Shown piece after piece: positions 1 to 9,944 of a DNA stretch of 20,000 bases. Below the pieces are notes generated by a model that had not been told where the DNA came from, searched no databases, and saw only the letters and a program-made list of their open reading frames with translations. The position numbers were made by a program, and so were the translations under genes. Within the stretch, counting starts at the first letter, position 1; each line of letters starts with the position of its first letter. Source of the DNA: Malacoraja senta. Lineage: Eukaryota. The stretch lies in contig JAXLNO010000202.1 of NCBI GenBank assembly GCA_038087875.1, forward strand, positions 369,410 through 389,409. The letters are read 5' to 3'.

Positions 1-603
1 ATCAACACAGACATCCACAACACCATTCTTCACTGTGGTGGAAGGCACAAAGTACAGATAGTACTCCTCCTTGTTCACCCGTGGTCGGGGCCATAAACCT
101 CCGCAGTCTCCGCTACGGACTGCCCGATGTACAGGCCCTCTCGTCGGGACGGTCGAACACACTCCGCGGCTTGGAGGTCCCGAATCGGCACTTTCTAACC
201 GGCGACTGCGGCTTCAGGATGTTATAGGCCGCGTGCCGGCGATCGGAGCTCTTCTCCGGGTATCCCCGGCGAGGGACCCAGGATCCGGACACCGCACCGC
301 GGCTAGAAGCTCAGCAGACCGCGGCTTCAGGATGTAACACCCCACGGGCCAGCGATCGGAGCACTCATTTCTGGCGATCCCCGGCAAGGGCTCGCCCACT
401 CGGCGATGAATAAAGTCCACGCTGCACCCGCTGCTGAAGCTCCGGGCCCGAATCCAGGAAAGGCCGCACCAATCCATGGTGTTAGGCCGTGAGGGAGGTG
501 ACGTGGAAAAAGTCACCACTCCGTGGAGGAGGCGGCCGAAAGTGGTTTCCCCCTTACGCCCCCCCCCCTCACCACCCCCCACACAAGACACACCGAGAGA
601 CAT
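1..603. mobile_element. Unclassified GC/CpG-rich repeat-like element, left part (continues at 3487-3585 after the CR1 insertion)
   Basis: CpG-rich compared with the rest of the window. Imperfect internal direct repeat GCGGCTTCAGGATGT...GCGATCGGAGC...ATCCCCGGC at 208 and 321. Sequence reads through across the CR1 via AGACAT at 598-603 and 3487-3492. Confidence 0.55.
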
Positions 604-704
604 AGAACATAGAACATAGAACATAGAAAATAGGTGCAGGAGTAGTCCATTCGGCCCTTCGAGCCTGCACCGCCATTCAATGTGATCATGGCTGATCATC
701 CAAC

Positions 705-1940
705 TCAGTATCCTGTACCTGCCTTCTCTCCATACCCCCTGATCCCTTTAGCCACAAGGGGCACATCTAACTCCCTCTTAAATATAGCCAATGAACTGGT
801 CTCAACTACCTTCTGTGGCAGAGAGTTCCAGAGATTCACCACTCTCTGTGTGAAAAATGTTTTTCTCATCTCGGTCCCAAAGGATTTCCCCTTTATCCTT
901 AAACTGTGACCCCTTGTCCTGGACTTCCCCAACATCGGGAACAATCTTCCTGCATCTAGCCTGTCCAACCACTTAAGAATTTTGGAAGTTTCTAGAAGAT
1001 CCCACCTCAATCTTCTAAATTCTAGCGAGTACAACCAAAGTCTATCCAGTCTTTCTTCATATGAAAGCGCTGACATCCCAGGAATCAGTCTGGTGAACCT
1101 TCTCTGTACTCCCTCTATGGCAAGAATGTCTTTTGTCAGATTTGGAGACCAAAACTGTACGCAATACTCCTGGTGTGGTCTCACCAAGACCCTGTACAAC
1201 TGCAGTAGAACCTCCCTGCTCCTATACTCAAATCCTTTTGCTATGAATGCTAACATACCATTCGCTTTCTTCACTGCCTGCTGCACCTGCATGCCTACTT
1301 TCAATGACTGGTGTACCATGACACCCAGGTCTCGTTGCATCTCCCCTTCTCCTAATCGGCCACCATTTAGACAATGGTCTGCTTTCCGGTTTTTGACACC
1401 AAAGTGGATAACCTCACATTTATCCACATTATACTGCATCTGCCATGCATTTGCCAACTCACCCAGCCTATCCAAGTCACCTTGCAGCCTCCTAGCATCC
1501 TCCTCACAGCTAACACTGCCCCCCGGCTTCGTGTCATCCGCAAACTTGGAGATGTTGCATTCAATTCCCTCGTCCAAATCATTAATATATATTGTAAATA
1601 GCTGGGGTCCCAGCACTAAGCCTTGCGGTACCCCACTAGTCACTGCCTGCCATTCTGAAAAGGACCCATTTACTCCTACTCTTTGCTTCCTGTCTGCCAG
1701 CCAGTTCTCTATCCACATCAATACTGAACCCCCGATACCGTGTGCTTTAAGTTTGTATACTAATCTCTTATGTGGGACCTTGTCGAAAGCCTTCTGAAAG
1801 ACCAGATGTAACACATCCACTGGTTCTCCCCTATCCACGCTACTAGTTACATCCTCGAAAAATTCTATAAGATTCGTCAGACATGATTTACCTTTCGTAA
1901 ATCCATGCTGACTTTGTCCAATGAACTCACCACTTTCCAA
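705..1940 (-). pseudogene. CR1 ORF2 reverse transcriptase domain and C-terminus (411-aa open frame, cut off from upstream ORF2 by the L1 insert)
   Basis: Motifs FQKAFDKVPH, VTSGVPQG, ISKFADDTK, CVQFWSP and FFTQRVVNLWNSLP are typical of vertebrate CR1 ORF2. Confidence 0.93.
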
Positions 1941-1961
1941 ATGTGCTGCTATCCCATCTTT

Positions 1962-2395
1962 TTTTTTTTTTATTTTTTTTTTTTTTTTAATTTAAAAAGA
2001 AAATATTTTTATTAGAAGCAAACATATTATAAAGTATAGTAACATATTATAGTAAAAAAAAACTTTTCATATACATCAATCATACATTATTAAAATTGTC
2101 AATTGTCGATTAATTCTGCTTCTAGTGTTTTTTTTTAATATAGATAGAAAAGGAGAGATAGAAAGAAAAAATAATTACAAATATTTAAAAAAAGAGGTGG
2201 AATGAATTACTTATAATACGTCATTGGAGATAAGTTCGTAGGTTATGAAATATAATTTTACATCTAATCCTGAGTTCAAGCTTCAGTTGGGTTTTCGTGC
2301 TGGGCCAATCTATCCCTTCAGATAGTTAATGAATGGAGCCCATATTTTAACAAAAAGTTCTTGTTTGTCCATTATGACAAGTCTAATTCTTTCTA
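1962..2395 (-). mobile_element. L1-clade LINE 3' fragment (last ~28 codons of ORF2, 3' UTR, poly(A))
   Basis: 15-bp target-site duplication (TSD) TGCTATCCCATCTTT at 1947-1961 and 2396-2410. T-run at ~1959-1988 is a minus-strand poly(A). Minus-strand AATAAA at 2008-2013. Empty site CTTT/AA resembles an L1 endonuclease site. Minus frame ERIRLVIMDKQELFVKIWAPFINYLKG* (stop 2310-2312) resembles fish L1 ORF2 termini. Confidence 0.85.
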
Positions 2396-2410
2396 TGCTA
2401 TCCCATCTTT

Positions 2411-3469
2411 AATAACTGACTCTAGCAGTTTCCCCACTACCGATGTTAGACTAACTGGTCTGTAATTCCCCGTTTTCTCTCTCCCTCCCTTTTTAAAAAG
2501 TAAGGTTACATTAGCTGCCCTCCAATCCTCAGGAACTACTCCAGAATCTAAGGAGTTTTGAAAAATTATCACTAGTGCATCCACTATTTCTGGGGCTACT
2601 TCCTTAAGTACTCTGGGATGCAGCCTATCTGGCCCTGGGGATTTATCGGCCTTTAATCCATTCAATTTACCTAACACCACTTCCCGGCTAACCTGGATTT
2701 TACTCAGTTCCTCCATCTCATTTGACCCGCGGTCCCCTGCTATTTCCGGCAGATTATCTATGTCTTCCTAAGTGAAGACAGAACCAAAGTAGTTATTCAA
2801 TTGGTCTGCCATGTCCTTGTTCCCCATGATCAATTCACCTGTTTCTGACTGCAAGGGACCTACATCTCTTTCTCTTCACATATCTATTTGCTGTCAGTTT
2901 TTATGTTCCGTGCCAGTTTTCTTTCATAATCTATTTCCCCTTTCCTAATTAAGCCCTTTGTCCTCCTCTGCTGGACTCTGAATTTCTCCCAATCCTCTGG
3001 TAGGCTGCTTTTTCTGGCTAATTTGTACGCTTCATCTTTTGTTTTGATACTATCCCTGATTTCCCTTGTTATCCACGGATGCACTACCTTCCCTGATTTA
3101 TTCTTTTGCCAAACTGGGATGAACAATTGTTGTAGTTCATCCATGCAGTCTTTAAATGCCTTCCATTGCATATCCACCGTCAACCCTTTAAGAATCAATT
3201 ACCAGTCAATCTTGGCCAATTCATGTCTCATACCCTCAATGTTACCTTTCTTTAAGTTCAGACCCCTTGTTTCTGAATAAACAATGTCACTCACCATGCT
3301 AATGAAGAACTCAACCATATTATGGTCACTCTTGCCCAAGGGGCTACGCACAACAAGACTGCTAACTAACCCTTCCTCATTACTCAATACCCAGTCTAGA
3401 ATAGCCTGCTCTCTCGTTGGTTCCTCTACATGTTGGCTTAGAAAACTATCCCGCACACATTCCAAGAAT
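2411..3469 (-). pseudogene. CR1 ORF2 remnant (APE C-terminus and linker) with an in-frame stop at ~3199 and small deletions near 2865-2890
   Basis: ORFs 3199-3504, 2884-3198 and 2393-2716 are collinear pieces of CR1 ORF2. Confidence 0.9.
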
Positions 3470-3486
3470 TTAAAACATACATTCCA

Positions 3487-3585
3487 AGACATTAAAACAC
3501 ACATTTGGACACACTAAAAAAAACAAAAAAAGTCAAAATAACGAACACGCTGCTGGCGGGGCAGCCGTCTCGCAGCGCACCCACC
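3487..3585. mobile_element. Right part of the GC-rich element split by the CR1
   Basis: Begins with the duplicated AGACAT. CpG-rich end GCTGGCGGGGCAGCCGTCTCGCAGCGCACCCACC. Confidence 0.5.
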
Positions 3586-3599
3586 AACCAATGTCTTCT

Positions 3600-4138
3600 G
3601 CATTTTATCCGGATGCATCACAGCACGGTTTGGGAACAGCTCCATCCAAGACCACAAGAAATCGCAGTGAATTGTGGACGCAGCCCAGACCATCACACAA
3701 ACCAACCTCTCTTCCATTGACTCCATCTACACCTCACCCTGCTTTGGCTAAGGCAGCAACATAATCAAGGACCAGTCGCATCCTGGCCACTCCCTCTTCT
3801 CCCCTCTCCCATCAGACAAGAGGTACAGAAGTGTGAAAACACACACCTCCAGATTCAGGGACAGGATCTTCCCAGCTGTTATCAGGCAACTGAATCAACC
3901 TACCACAACCATAGAGCAGTGCTGAACTACTATCTACCTCATTGGTGACCCTCGGACTATCTTTGATTGGTCTTTGCTGACTTTACCTTGCATTAAATGT
4001 CATTCCCTTATCATGTATCTGTACACTGTGGATGGCTCGATTGTAATCATGTATTGTCTTTCTGCTGACTGGTTAGCACGCAACAAAAGCTTTTCACTGT
4101 ACCTCGGTACACGTGACAATAAACTAAACTGAACTGAA
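3600..4138 (+). mobile_element. Rex1/Babar-type LINE 3' fragment
   Basis: Degenerate ILSGCITA.FGNSSIQD..IVDAAQTITQTNL..HPGHSLFSPLPS.KRYRSVKT frame. 3' hairpin TGTACCTCGGTACA, AATAAA and (AAACT)n tail. Homologous to 8028-8349 and 11443-12622. Confidence 0.88.
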
Positions 4139-4274
4139 TGCGTAAGAAGGAACTGCAGATCCTGGTTTAAACTGAAGATAGACACAAAAAGCTGGAGTAA
4201 CTCAGCGGGACAGGCAGCATCGCTGGTGAGAAGGAATGGGTGGCGTTTCGGGTCGAGACCCTTCCTCGGACTGA
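4139..4274 (-). mobile_element. Penelope-like terminal repeat fragment with a degenerate hammerhead-like core
   Basis: Homologous to copies at 5413, 8937, 11228 and 18440. Minus strand reads CCGAGGAAGGGTCTCGACCCGAAACGCC (core mutated). Confidence 0.6.
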
Positions 4275-4960
4275 AACCTGTTGTTGATTCCCCTACTCTG
4301 GGTAGAAGCCTGTGTGCATCAACGTGACTTTAACTGACCAATACAATGGGTGGGTGGTGAAATCGATGAACATGATGAAGGAGGGTGCCTGCATACAAGG
4401 AAGCGACCAGCTCGGCTACACAACATTATGGTTATATGTGGGAGAAACACATCAAATCACAATGGTGTGAAGAAGCAGATGACACACAGAGCCAGGAGTG
4501 AAGAGGCTGATTAAAATAGAAATAGGGGAAAGTTAAAATATCATTGCCCCGGGAGAGCCAACATTGACATTTGTATGAAGTAACGGTTCAGGCAAGATAA
4601 TGGGCAGCGATGAAGAGAGATCAGGAGTTGCCCTGGGGTGAGGCTGTCTGTATAAGATGCACTCTCAGAGCAACGATGGAGAATGAGAAGCAGGAACATA
4701 TCTGGTGTGGGGAGGATTCAAAAGGCTTGTTGTTTATTATCTAAAATCTGCTGAGAGGGGAATATAAAATGGCTCATCATGTGCTGCTGAGTTACTGCAC
4801 AACTGGAAGAAAGGGATCAAGGAATCTATAATTAAAAATAGAGATAAATAATTTGAAGCAGCTTCTTCCTGTTCTATCAGATCGAATACGGCAAAGCAGT
4901 TTACTGCTGCCCTGTGATCAAACTGTGTTTGTGGCGGCTTTCTGCCTGACAGTCTCCCTG

Positions 4961-5055
4961 GAAGTCAAGAGTGTTTTATTGTCACGTGTCCCAGATGGAA
5001 CAATGACATTCTTACTTGCTGCAGCACAACACAATATGGAAACATAGTACACTGT
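4961..5055 (-). mobile_element. LINE 3' tail fragment (Rex1/L2-like), same family as 11045-11192
   Basis: Shares CTGCAGCAAGTAAGAATGTCATTGTTC..GTGACA with 11129-11174 in opposite orientation. Confidence 0.6.
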
Positions 5056-5182
5056 GAACAGCAGAGATTTCCACAGGTTTCAGTGAATCATTTCCAAATG
5101 AGAATAGATTCTGGAAGTTAATACAAATCCAAAAATCAGAATCAACCACATGTCAGGATTATTGTATACACGGCATTTCCCT

Positions 5183-5241
5183 ATGTTGAATGGTGGTGCT
5201 GGCCTGTAGGGCTGAATGGCTTGCACCTATTGTCTATTGTC
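5183..5241 (+). mobile_element. CR1 3' terminus fragment
   Basis: TTGAATGGTGGTGCTGG..GGGCTGAATGGC..GCACCTATTGTCTATTGTC, as at 8440-8499. Confidence 0.75.
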
Positions 5242-5315
5242 CATTTTTTACAGAAATTCTCAAATTGGTTGCTAGGCTGCAGGGTTAAGTTATCAGGCCA
5301 AGGAGCTGTATGAAT

Positions 5316-5402
5316 GGAAATAGGCCCTTCGGCCCACCTTGTCCATGCCGACCCATTTGCCTGCATTTGGCCCATGGCCCTCCAAACCTTTCCTGACCAT
5401 AT
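5316..5402 (-). mobile_element. CR1 3' fragment (second subfamily)
   Basis: Reverse-complement match to 7895-8000 (GGGCC..GGCAGG..GGACAAG..GGGC.GAAGGGCCT.TTTCC). Confidence 0.7.
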
Positions 5403-5412
5403 GCAGTAAAAA

Positions 5413-5530
5413 GGTACTGCAGATGCTAGTTTATACCAAAGATGGACACAAAATGATGATGTAACTCAGCAGGTCAGGCAGCAATTTCTAGAGAACGGAT
5501 AGATAACGTTGAAAAAGGATTCAACCCGAA
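5413..5530 (-). mobile_element. Penelope-like terminal repeat fragment with the start of an inverted arm
   Basis: ACTGCAGATGCT..GACACAAAATG..GTAACTCAGCAGGTCAGGCAGCA..AACGTT, then inverted GAAAAAGGATTCAACCCGAA. Confidence 0.6.
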
Positions 5531-5554
5531 GGGCCTGTTGTTGTACTGTTGCTC

Positions 5555-6544
5555 TGTTGTGTTGTGTTGTGTTGTGTTGTGTTGTGTTGTGTTGTTCTGT
5601 GTTGTTCTGTGTTGTGTTGTGTTGTGTTGTGTTGTGTTGTGTGTTGTGTTGTGTTGTGTTGTGTTGTGTTGTGTTGTGTTGTGTTGTGTTGTGTTGTTGC
5701 TGTGTTGTGTTGTGTTGTGTTGTGTTGTGTTGTGTTGTGTTGTGTTGTGTTGTGTTGTGTTGTTGCTGTGTTGTGTTGTGTTGTTGTGTTGTGTTGTGTT
5801 GTTGCTGTGTTGTGTTGTGTTGTTCTGTGTTGTGTTGTGTTGTGTTGTTGCTGTGTTGTGTTGTGTTGTGTTGTGTTGTGTTGTTGCTGTGTTGTGTTGT
5901 GTTGTGTTGTGTTGTGTTGTTCTGTGTTGTGTTGTGTTGTTCTGTGTTGTGTTGTGTTGTTGTATGTTGTGTTGTGTTGTGTTGTGTTGTGTTGTGTTGT
6001 TGCTGTGTTGTGTTGTGTTGTGTTGTGTTGTGTTGTGTTGTGTTGTGTTGTGTTGTGTTGTGTTGTGTTGTTGTTGTGTTGTGTTGTGTTGTGTTGTGTT
6101 GTTGCTGTGTTGTGTTGTGTTGTGTTGTGTTGTGTTGTTCTGTGTTGTGTTGTGTTGTGTTGTGTTGTGTTGTTCTGTGTTGTGTTGTGTTGTGTTGTTG
6201 CTGTGTTGTGTTGTGTTGTGTTGTGTTGTTGCTGTGTTGTGTTGTGTTGTGTTGTGTTGTTCTGTGTTGTGTTGTGTTGTGTTGTGTTGTGTTGTTCTGT
6301 GTTGTTCTGTGTTGTGTTGTGTTGTGTTGTGTTGTGTTGTGTTGTGTTGTGTTGTGTTGTGTTGTGTTGTGTTGTGTTGTGTTGTGTTGTGTTGTGTTGT
6401 GTTGTGTTGTTCTGTGTTGTTCTGTGTTGTGTTGTGTTGTGTTGTTCTGTGTTGTTCTGTGTTGTGTTGTGTTGTGTTGTGTTGTTCTGTGTTGTGTTGT
6501 GTTGTGTTGTGTTGTGTTGTGTTGTGTTGTGTTGTGTTGTGTTG
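5555..6544. repeat. ~1-kb (GTTGT)n pentanucleotide microsatellite with recurrent variant units (..GTTCT.., ..GTTGCT..)
   Basis: Directly visible. It accounts for the spurious CCVVL and HNTTQ ORFs. Confidence 0.98.
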
Positions 6545-6629
6545 GATGGTGTTTATTGTGTTTATTGTGTTTTCCAATGTTTATGCATGTCATGATTTAA
6601 AGTTGCCAAAATCAAAGAAAAGAATCACT

Positions 6630-6933
6630 GGCCTGGTGGTGGTGCAGCGGTAGAGTTGCTGCCTCACCGTGCCAGGGCCCTGGCTTTGATCCAGACTATG
6701 GATGCTGTCTGTATGGAGTTTGTACGTTCTCCCTGTGACCACGTGGGGTTTCTCCGGGTGCTCCGGTTTCCTCCCACACTTCAAAGACGTGCAGGTTTGT
6801 AGATTAATTGGCTTGGTATAATGTTAAATTGTCCCTAGTGTGTGGGTTGGTGTTAGTGTGTGCGGATCGCTGGTCGGCGCGGACTCGGAGGGCCGAAGGG
6901 ACTGTTTCCACACTGTATTTCCAAACTAAACTA
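6630..6933 (+). mobile_element. HE1-type V-SINE (tRNA-derived head, V domain, CR1-derived tail)
   Basis: A-box-like TGGTGCAGCGG and B-box-like GCTTTGATCC. V domain GGAGTTTGTACGTTCTCCC..CTCCGGTTTCCTCCCAC. Tail GGGCCGAAGGG.CTGTTTCC..(AAACT)n. Confidence 0.9.
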
Positions 6934-7492
6934 CTAACATTAAAATAGAGGCAGAGGCCACTGAGAAAGAATTGTGGATGAGGCGTGAGCTTGCCAGAGG
7001 GATGAAGCAGTGAGGGATCGTGGTGAAGGAAGGCTGCTCTTCTCCTGCCAGTGTTGGAGCTGTCAGGCTTGTGAAGGGTTGATCTGAGGCTGATAGAAAC
7101 GTGACAACACGAGGTGCAAGAGATTGTATGAATAATGCTGAACTGTAAGCAGTGGCAATGATGAAGCAATCATTGCCTCATTGCTTGGAAGGTAACGTGC
7201 TCATAAAGGTAACATGAGCAGTGAAAATGATGTGTTGACAGATGATATAAACGCCAGGTTGTCTAATCAAGGAGCTTCTCATAACTCCTCACAGTAAATT
7301 AGACGCAACAAACTGTTTCATTCACATGTTAATTGTTGGAGAGTTTCTGGAAACGGGCTCCACTTCTGTGTTTGATGTCGACGCACTGTGTTTGGGTCCT
7401 AAGGAATAATCCAGTGGGTATGACAGCACATTTCTGGGCACCATGTTAGAGGAATGTTCCCCATAACCCCCACACCCATACTAATCAACAAT

Positions 7493-7780
7493 CTATCTAT
7501 CTTTGCCTTAAATATATCCACGACTTGGCCTCCACAGCTTTCTGTGGCAATGAATTCCACAGATTCACCACCCTCTGACCAAAGAAATTCCTCCTCATCT
7601 CCTTCCTAAAGGAAGGTCCTTTAATTCTGACTGTGACCTCTGCTCCTAGACTCTCCCAATAGTGTAAACATCCTCTCCACATCCACTCTATCCAGGCCTT
7701 TCACTATTCGGCGAAGTTTCAATGAGGGGGAAACCGCATTCTTCTAAACTCCAGCGAGTACAGGCCCAGTGCTGACAAAC
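7493..7780 (-). mobile_element. CR1 ORF2 C-terminal fragment
   Basis: Frame RIKGPSFRKEMRRNFFGQRVVNLWNSLPQKAVEAKS. Confidence 0.88.
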
Positions 7781-7783
7781 ACT

Positions 7784-8031
7784 GAGGGGTAACATTTTCA
7801 CAAGAAGGGTGGTGGGTGTATGGAACAAGCTGCCAGAGGAGGTAGTTAAGGCTGGGACTATCCCACATTTAAGAAATAATTAGACAGGTACATGGATAGG
7901 ACAGGTTTAGAGGGATATGGGCCAAACGTGGGCAGGTGGGTCTAGTGTAGATGGGACGTGTTGTTCGGTGTGGACAAGTTGGGCGGAAGGGCCTGTTTCC
8001 ACACTGTTTCACTCGATGACTCTGTGACTCT
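7784..8031 (+). mobile_element. CR1 3' fragment (second subfamily)
   Basis: RVVGVWNKLPEEVV.AGTI frame, then 3' UTR ending GAAGGGCCTGTTTCC..(ATGACTCT)n. Confidence 0.85.
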
Positions 8032-8349
8032 CCCATCAGGCACGAGGTACAGAAGTGTGAAAACGCACACCTCCAGATTCAGGGACAGTTTCTTCCCAGC
8101 TGTTATTAGGGAACTGAACCATTCCATCACCAACTAGAGAACAGTCCTGACCTCCCATCTACCTCATTGGAGATCCTTGGACTATCTTTAATTGGACTTT
8201 ATCTTACACTAAACGTTGTTCCCTCTGTCAATCATCTCTACACCGTGGACAGCTTGATTGTAATTATGTATAGTCTTTACTGGATAGCCTGTAACCAGAA
8301 GGGGTACGCTGTACCTCGGTACACCTGGCAATACTAACACACTAAACTA
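8028..8349 (+). mobile_element. Rex1/Babar-type LINE 3' fragment
   Basis: Homologous to 3805-4138. Ends TGTACCTCGGTACA..(AAACT)n. Confidence 0.85.
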
Positions 8350-8364
8350 GACTCTCTGTGAAAA

Positions 8365-8499
8365 ATAGCAGAGTTAGGGGATATGGGGAGAAGGCAGGAA
8401 CGGGGCACTGATTGGGGATGATCAGCCATGATCACATTGATTGGCGGTGCTGGCTCGAAGGGCCGAATGACCTACTCCTGCACCTATTGTCTATTGTCA
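8365..8499 (+). mobile_element. CR1 3' terminus
   Basis: GGATATGGGGAGAAGGCAGGAACGGGG..GATCAGCCATGATCACATTGA..GAAGGGCCGAATG..CCTATTGTCTATTGTC. Confidence 0.88.
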
Positions 8500-8936
8500 T
8501 AAACCAATCCAACATTTGGCCTCATGCCACATCCTTCCATGAAATGCTGGGAAGATTGAAAGGCTTTCACCATCTGTGTATACCTAGTCATTTACCAGAG
8601 ATTTGTCACCTGTTATGAGGGAATAATATTTCAAGGTTAGTTTGCTGAATTACTTGTGTTTCAGCAACAGAATATGGAAGATGGTACTTTTGTACAACTG
8701 TACTTGATCTAAATTGGACAGCGTGCATGACTGGACTTAATGCGAACAAACTTCAAAGTATTTATTCAGAATTCCCTGGCCCTTTCAGTTTACAATCCTT
8801 GATCGTGTAGCTACAATCATGGTTCGGTATTTATTATTCATCAAGGGAATTTCACAGACAGAAGGGAACTGCCCGCATTCTACACTCCAATCTCAGCGCA
8901 GTACATCATCGACTCCGTCAGTGGAGATGGAGAATC

Positions 8937-9540
8937 CTGGAGTAACTCAGCGGGTCAGGCAGCATCTGTGGAGAACATGGATAGGTGACGTTTCACAGAG
9001 TGCTGGAGTAACTCAGCGGGTCAGGCAGCATCTGTGGAGAACATGGATAGGTGACGTTTCACAGAGTGCTGGAGTAACTCAGTGGGTCAGGCAGCATCTG
9101 TGGAGCGAAGGAAATGGGCAACCTTTCGGGCCGAAACCCTGAAGGAAATAGGCAATGTTTTGGGCCGAAACCCGGAAGGGTTTCGGGCCGAAACGTTGCC
9201 TATTTCCTTCGCTCTATAGATGCTGCCGGAACATGGATAGGTGACATTTCACAGAGTGCTGGAGTAACTCAGCGGGTCAGGCAGCATCTGTGGAGAACAT
9301 GGATAGGTGACGTTTCACAGAGTGCTGGAGTAACTCAGCGGGTCAGGCAGCATCTGTGGAGAACATGGTGATGTTTTGGGTCGTGATCCTTCTTCAGATT
9401 GATATTCATGGGGCGGATGATGGGGGAAAAAGCTGGAGAGGAGGAGGGAGGGGATAAAGCCTGGTGAGTGATAGGTGGATACAGGTGAGGAGGGATTTGA
9501 CTGGCAGCTTGGCCAGAGATGAAAGGACAGATAGTGTGAG
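8937..9540 (-). mobile_element. Penelope-like terminal region: 66-bp tandem array, internal inverted segment (9089-9227) and adjoining body (9370-9540)
   Basis: Unit CTGGAGTAACTCAGCGGGTCAGGCAGCATCTGTGGAGAACATGGATAGGTGACGTTTCACAGAGTG at 8937, 9003 and 9259, with partial units at 9069 and 9325. Minus-strand CTGAAGAAGGATCACGACCCAAAAC at ~9373-9397. Confidence 0.65.
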
Positions 9541-9830
9541 CACGTACTCCTGCAGTCTGGAGCGGGCCAGTCGGCAACATTCACTCGGCTGGGAGGTCAC
9601 CAAATTTCAGGCAGACCAAAGAGCGTCTTTCACCGAGTTGATACCCTTCCACCGGCACTTGATGTCCGTCTCTAAATGTGTCCCTGGGGACAGTCCATAA
9701 ATCTCCGATTCCTCTGTGATGGAGCTGTTTGGGATTAACTGAGACTGGGACCCTTGCAAACTTATCCAGACTCTCTTTGCAAATCCACACTCTGTGAAGA
9801 GGTGGGCAACTGCCTCCTGTTGGGGACTTG
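9538..9830 (-). mobile_element. Tx1/L1-clade LINE ORF2 C-terminal (zinc-knuckle region) fragment
   Basis: Minus frame EAVAHLFTECGFAKRVW..LIPNSSITE..IYGL.PGTH.ETDIKC.WK.INSVKDALWSA*NLV..ECCRLARSRLQEYVL. The HLF..C..A..VW motif is characteristic. Confidence 0.8.
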
Positions 9831-9944
9831 GTGAAACGCTGATCTCTCCCACACTGCCAGCATGAGCTGGCTTCAGTTGTAGCTCAGTGGTTGTATGATG
9901 TTGCAGGACATCTTAGTTTGAGGGTTAGGTTTATTACCATCACG

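Larger units (their letters stand above)
601..3469 (-). mobile_element. 5'-truncated CR1/L3-clade LINE (HER1-like), interrupted by an L1 insertion
   Basis: The minus-strand ORF chain gives the APE C-terminus (PTREQAILDWVL..LGKSDHNMV), the linker (KSPGPD.LHPRVLKE, GNYRPVSLTSVVGKLLE) and RT (QHGF..GKSC, SGVPQG, FADD). 3' end GAAGGGCCGAATGG..CTCCTGCACCTATTTT followed by a (TCTATGT)n tail at 601-627. Confidence 0.95.

Noticed and set aside
982..1797. 271-aa plus-strand ORF (likewise 13895-14488)
   Set aside because: Antisense shadow frames of LINE reverse transcriptase ORFs.
705..3469. Functional autonomous CR1, or a bacterial retron/group II intron RT
   Set aside because: 5'-truncated within APE, with a stop, deletions and an L1 insertion. 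Motifs are vertebrate CR1 type.
5466..6653. Five long ORFs (348-375 aa; CCVVL and HNTTQ repeats)
   Set aside because: They are translations of a stop-free pentanucleotide microsatellite, with no coding evidence.
7493..8031. Twin-priming inversion of a single CR1
   Set aside because: The oppositely oriented pieces overlap in ORF2 position and belong to different subfamilies.
8937..9370. CRISPR-like appearance of regularly spaced repeats
   Set aside because: Units are contiguous with no unique spacers, there are no cas genes, and the context is eukaryotic.
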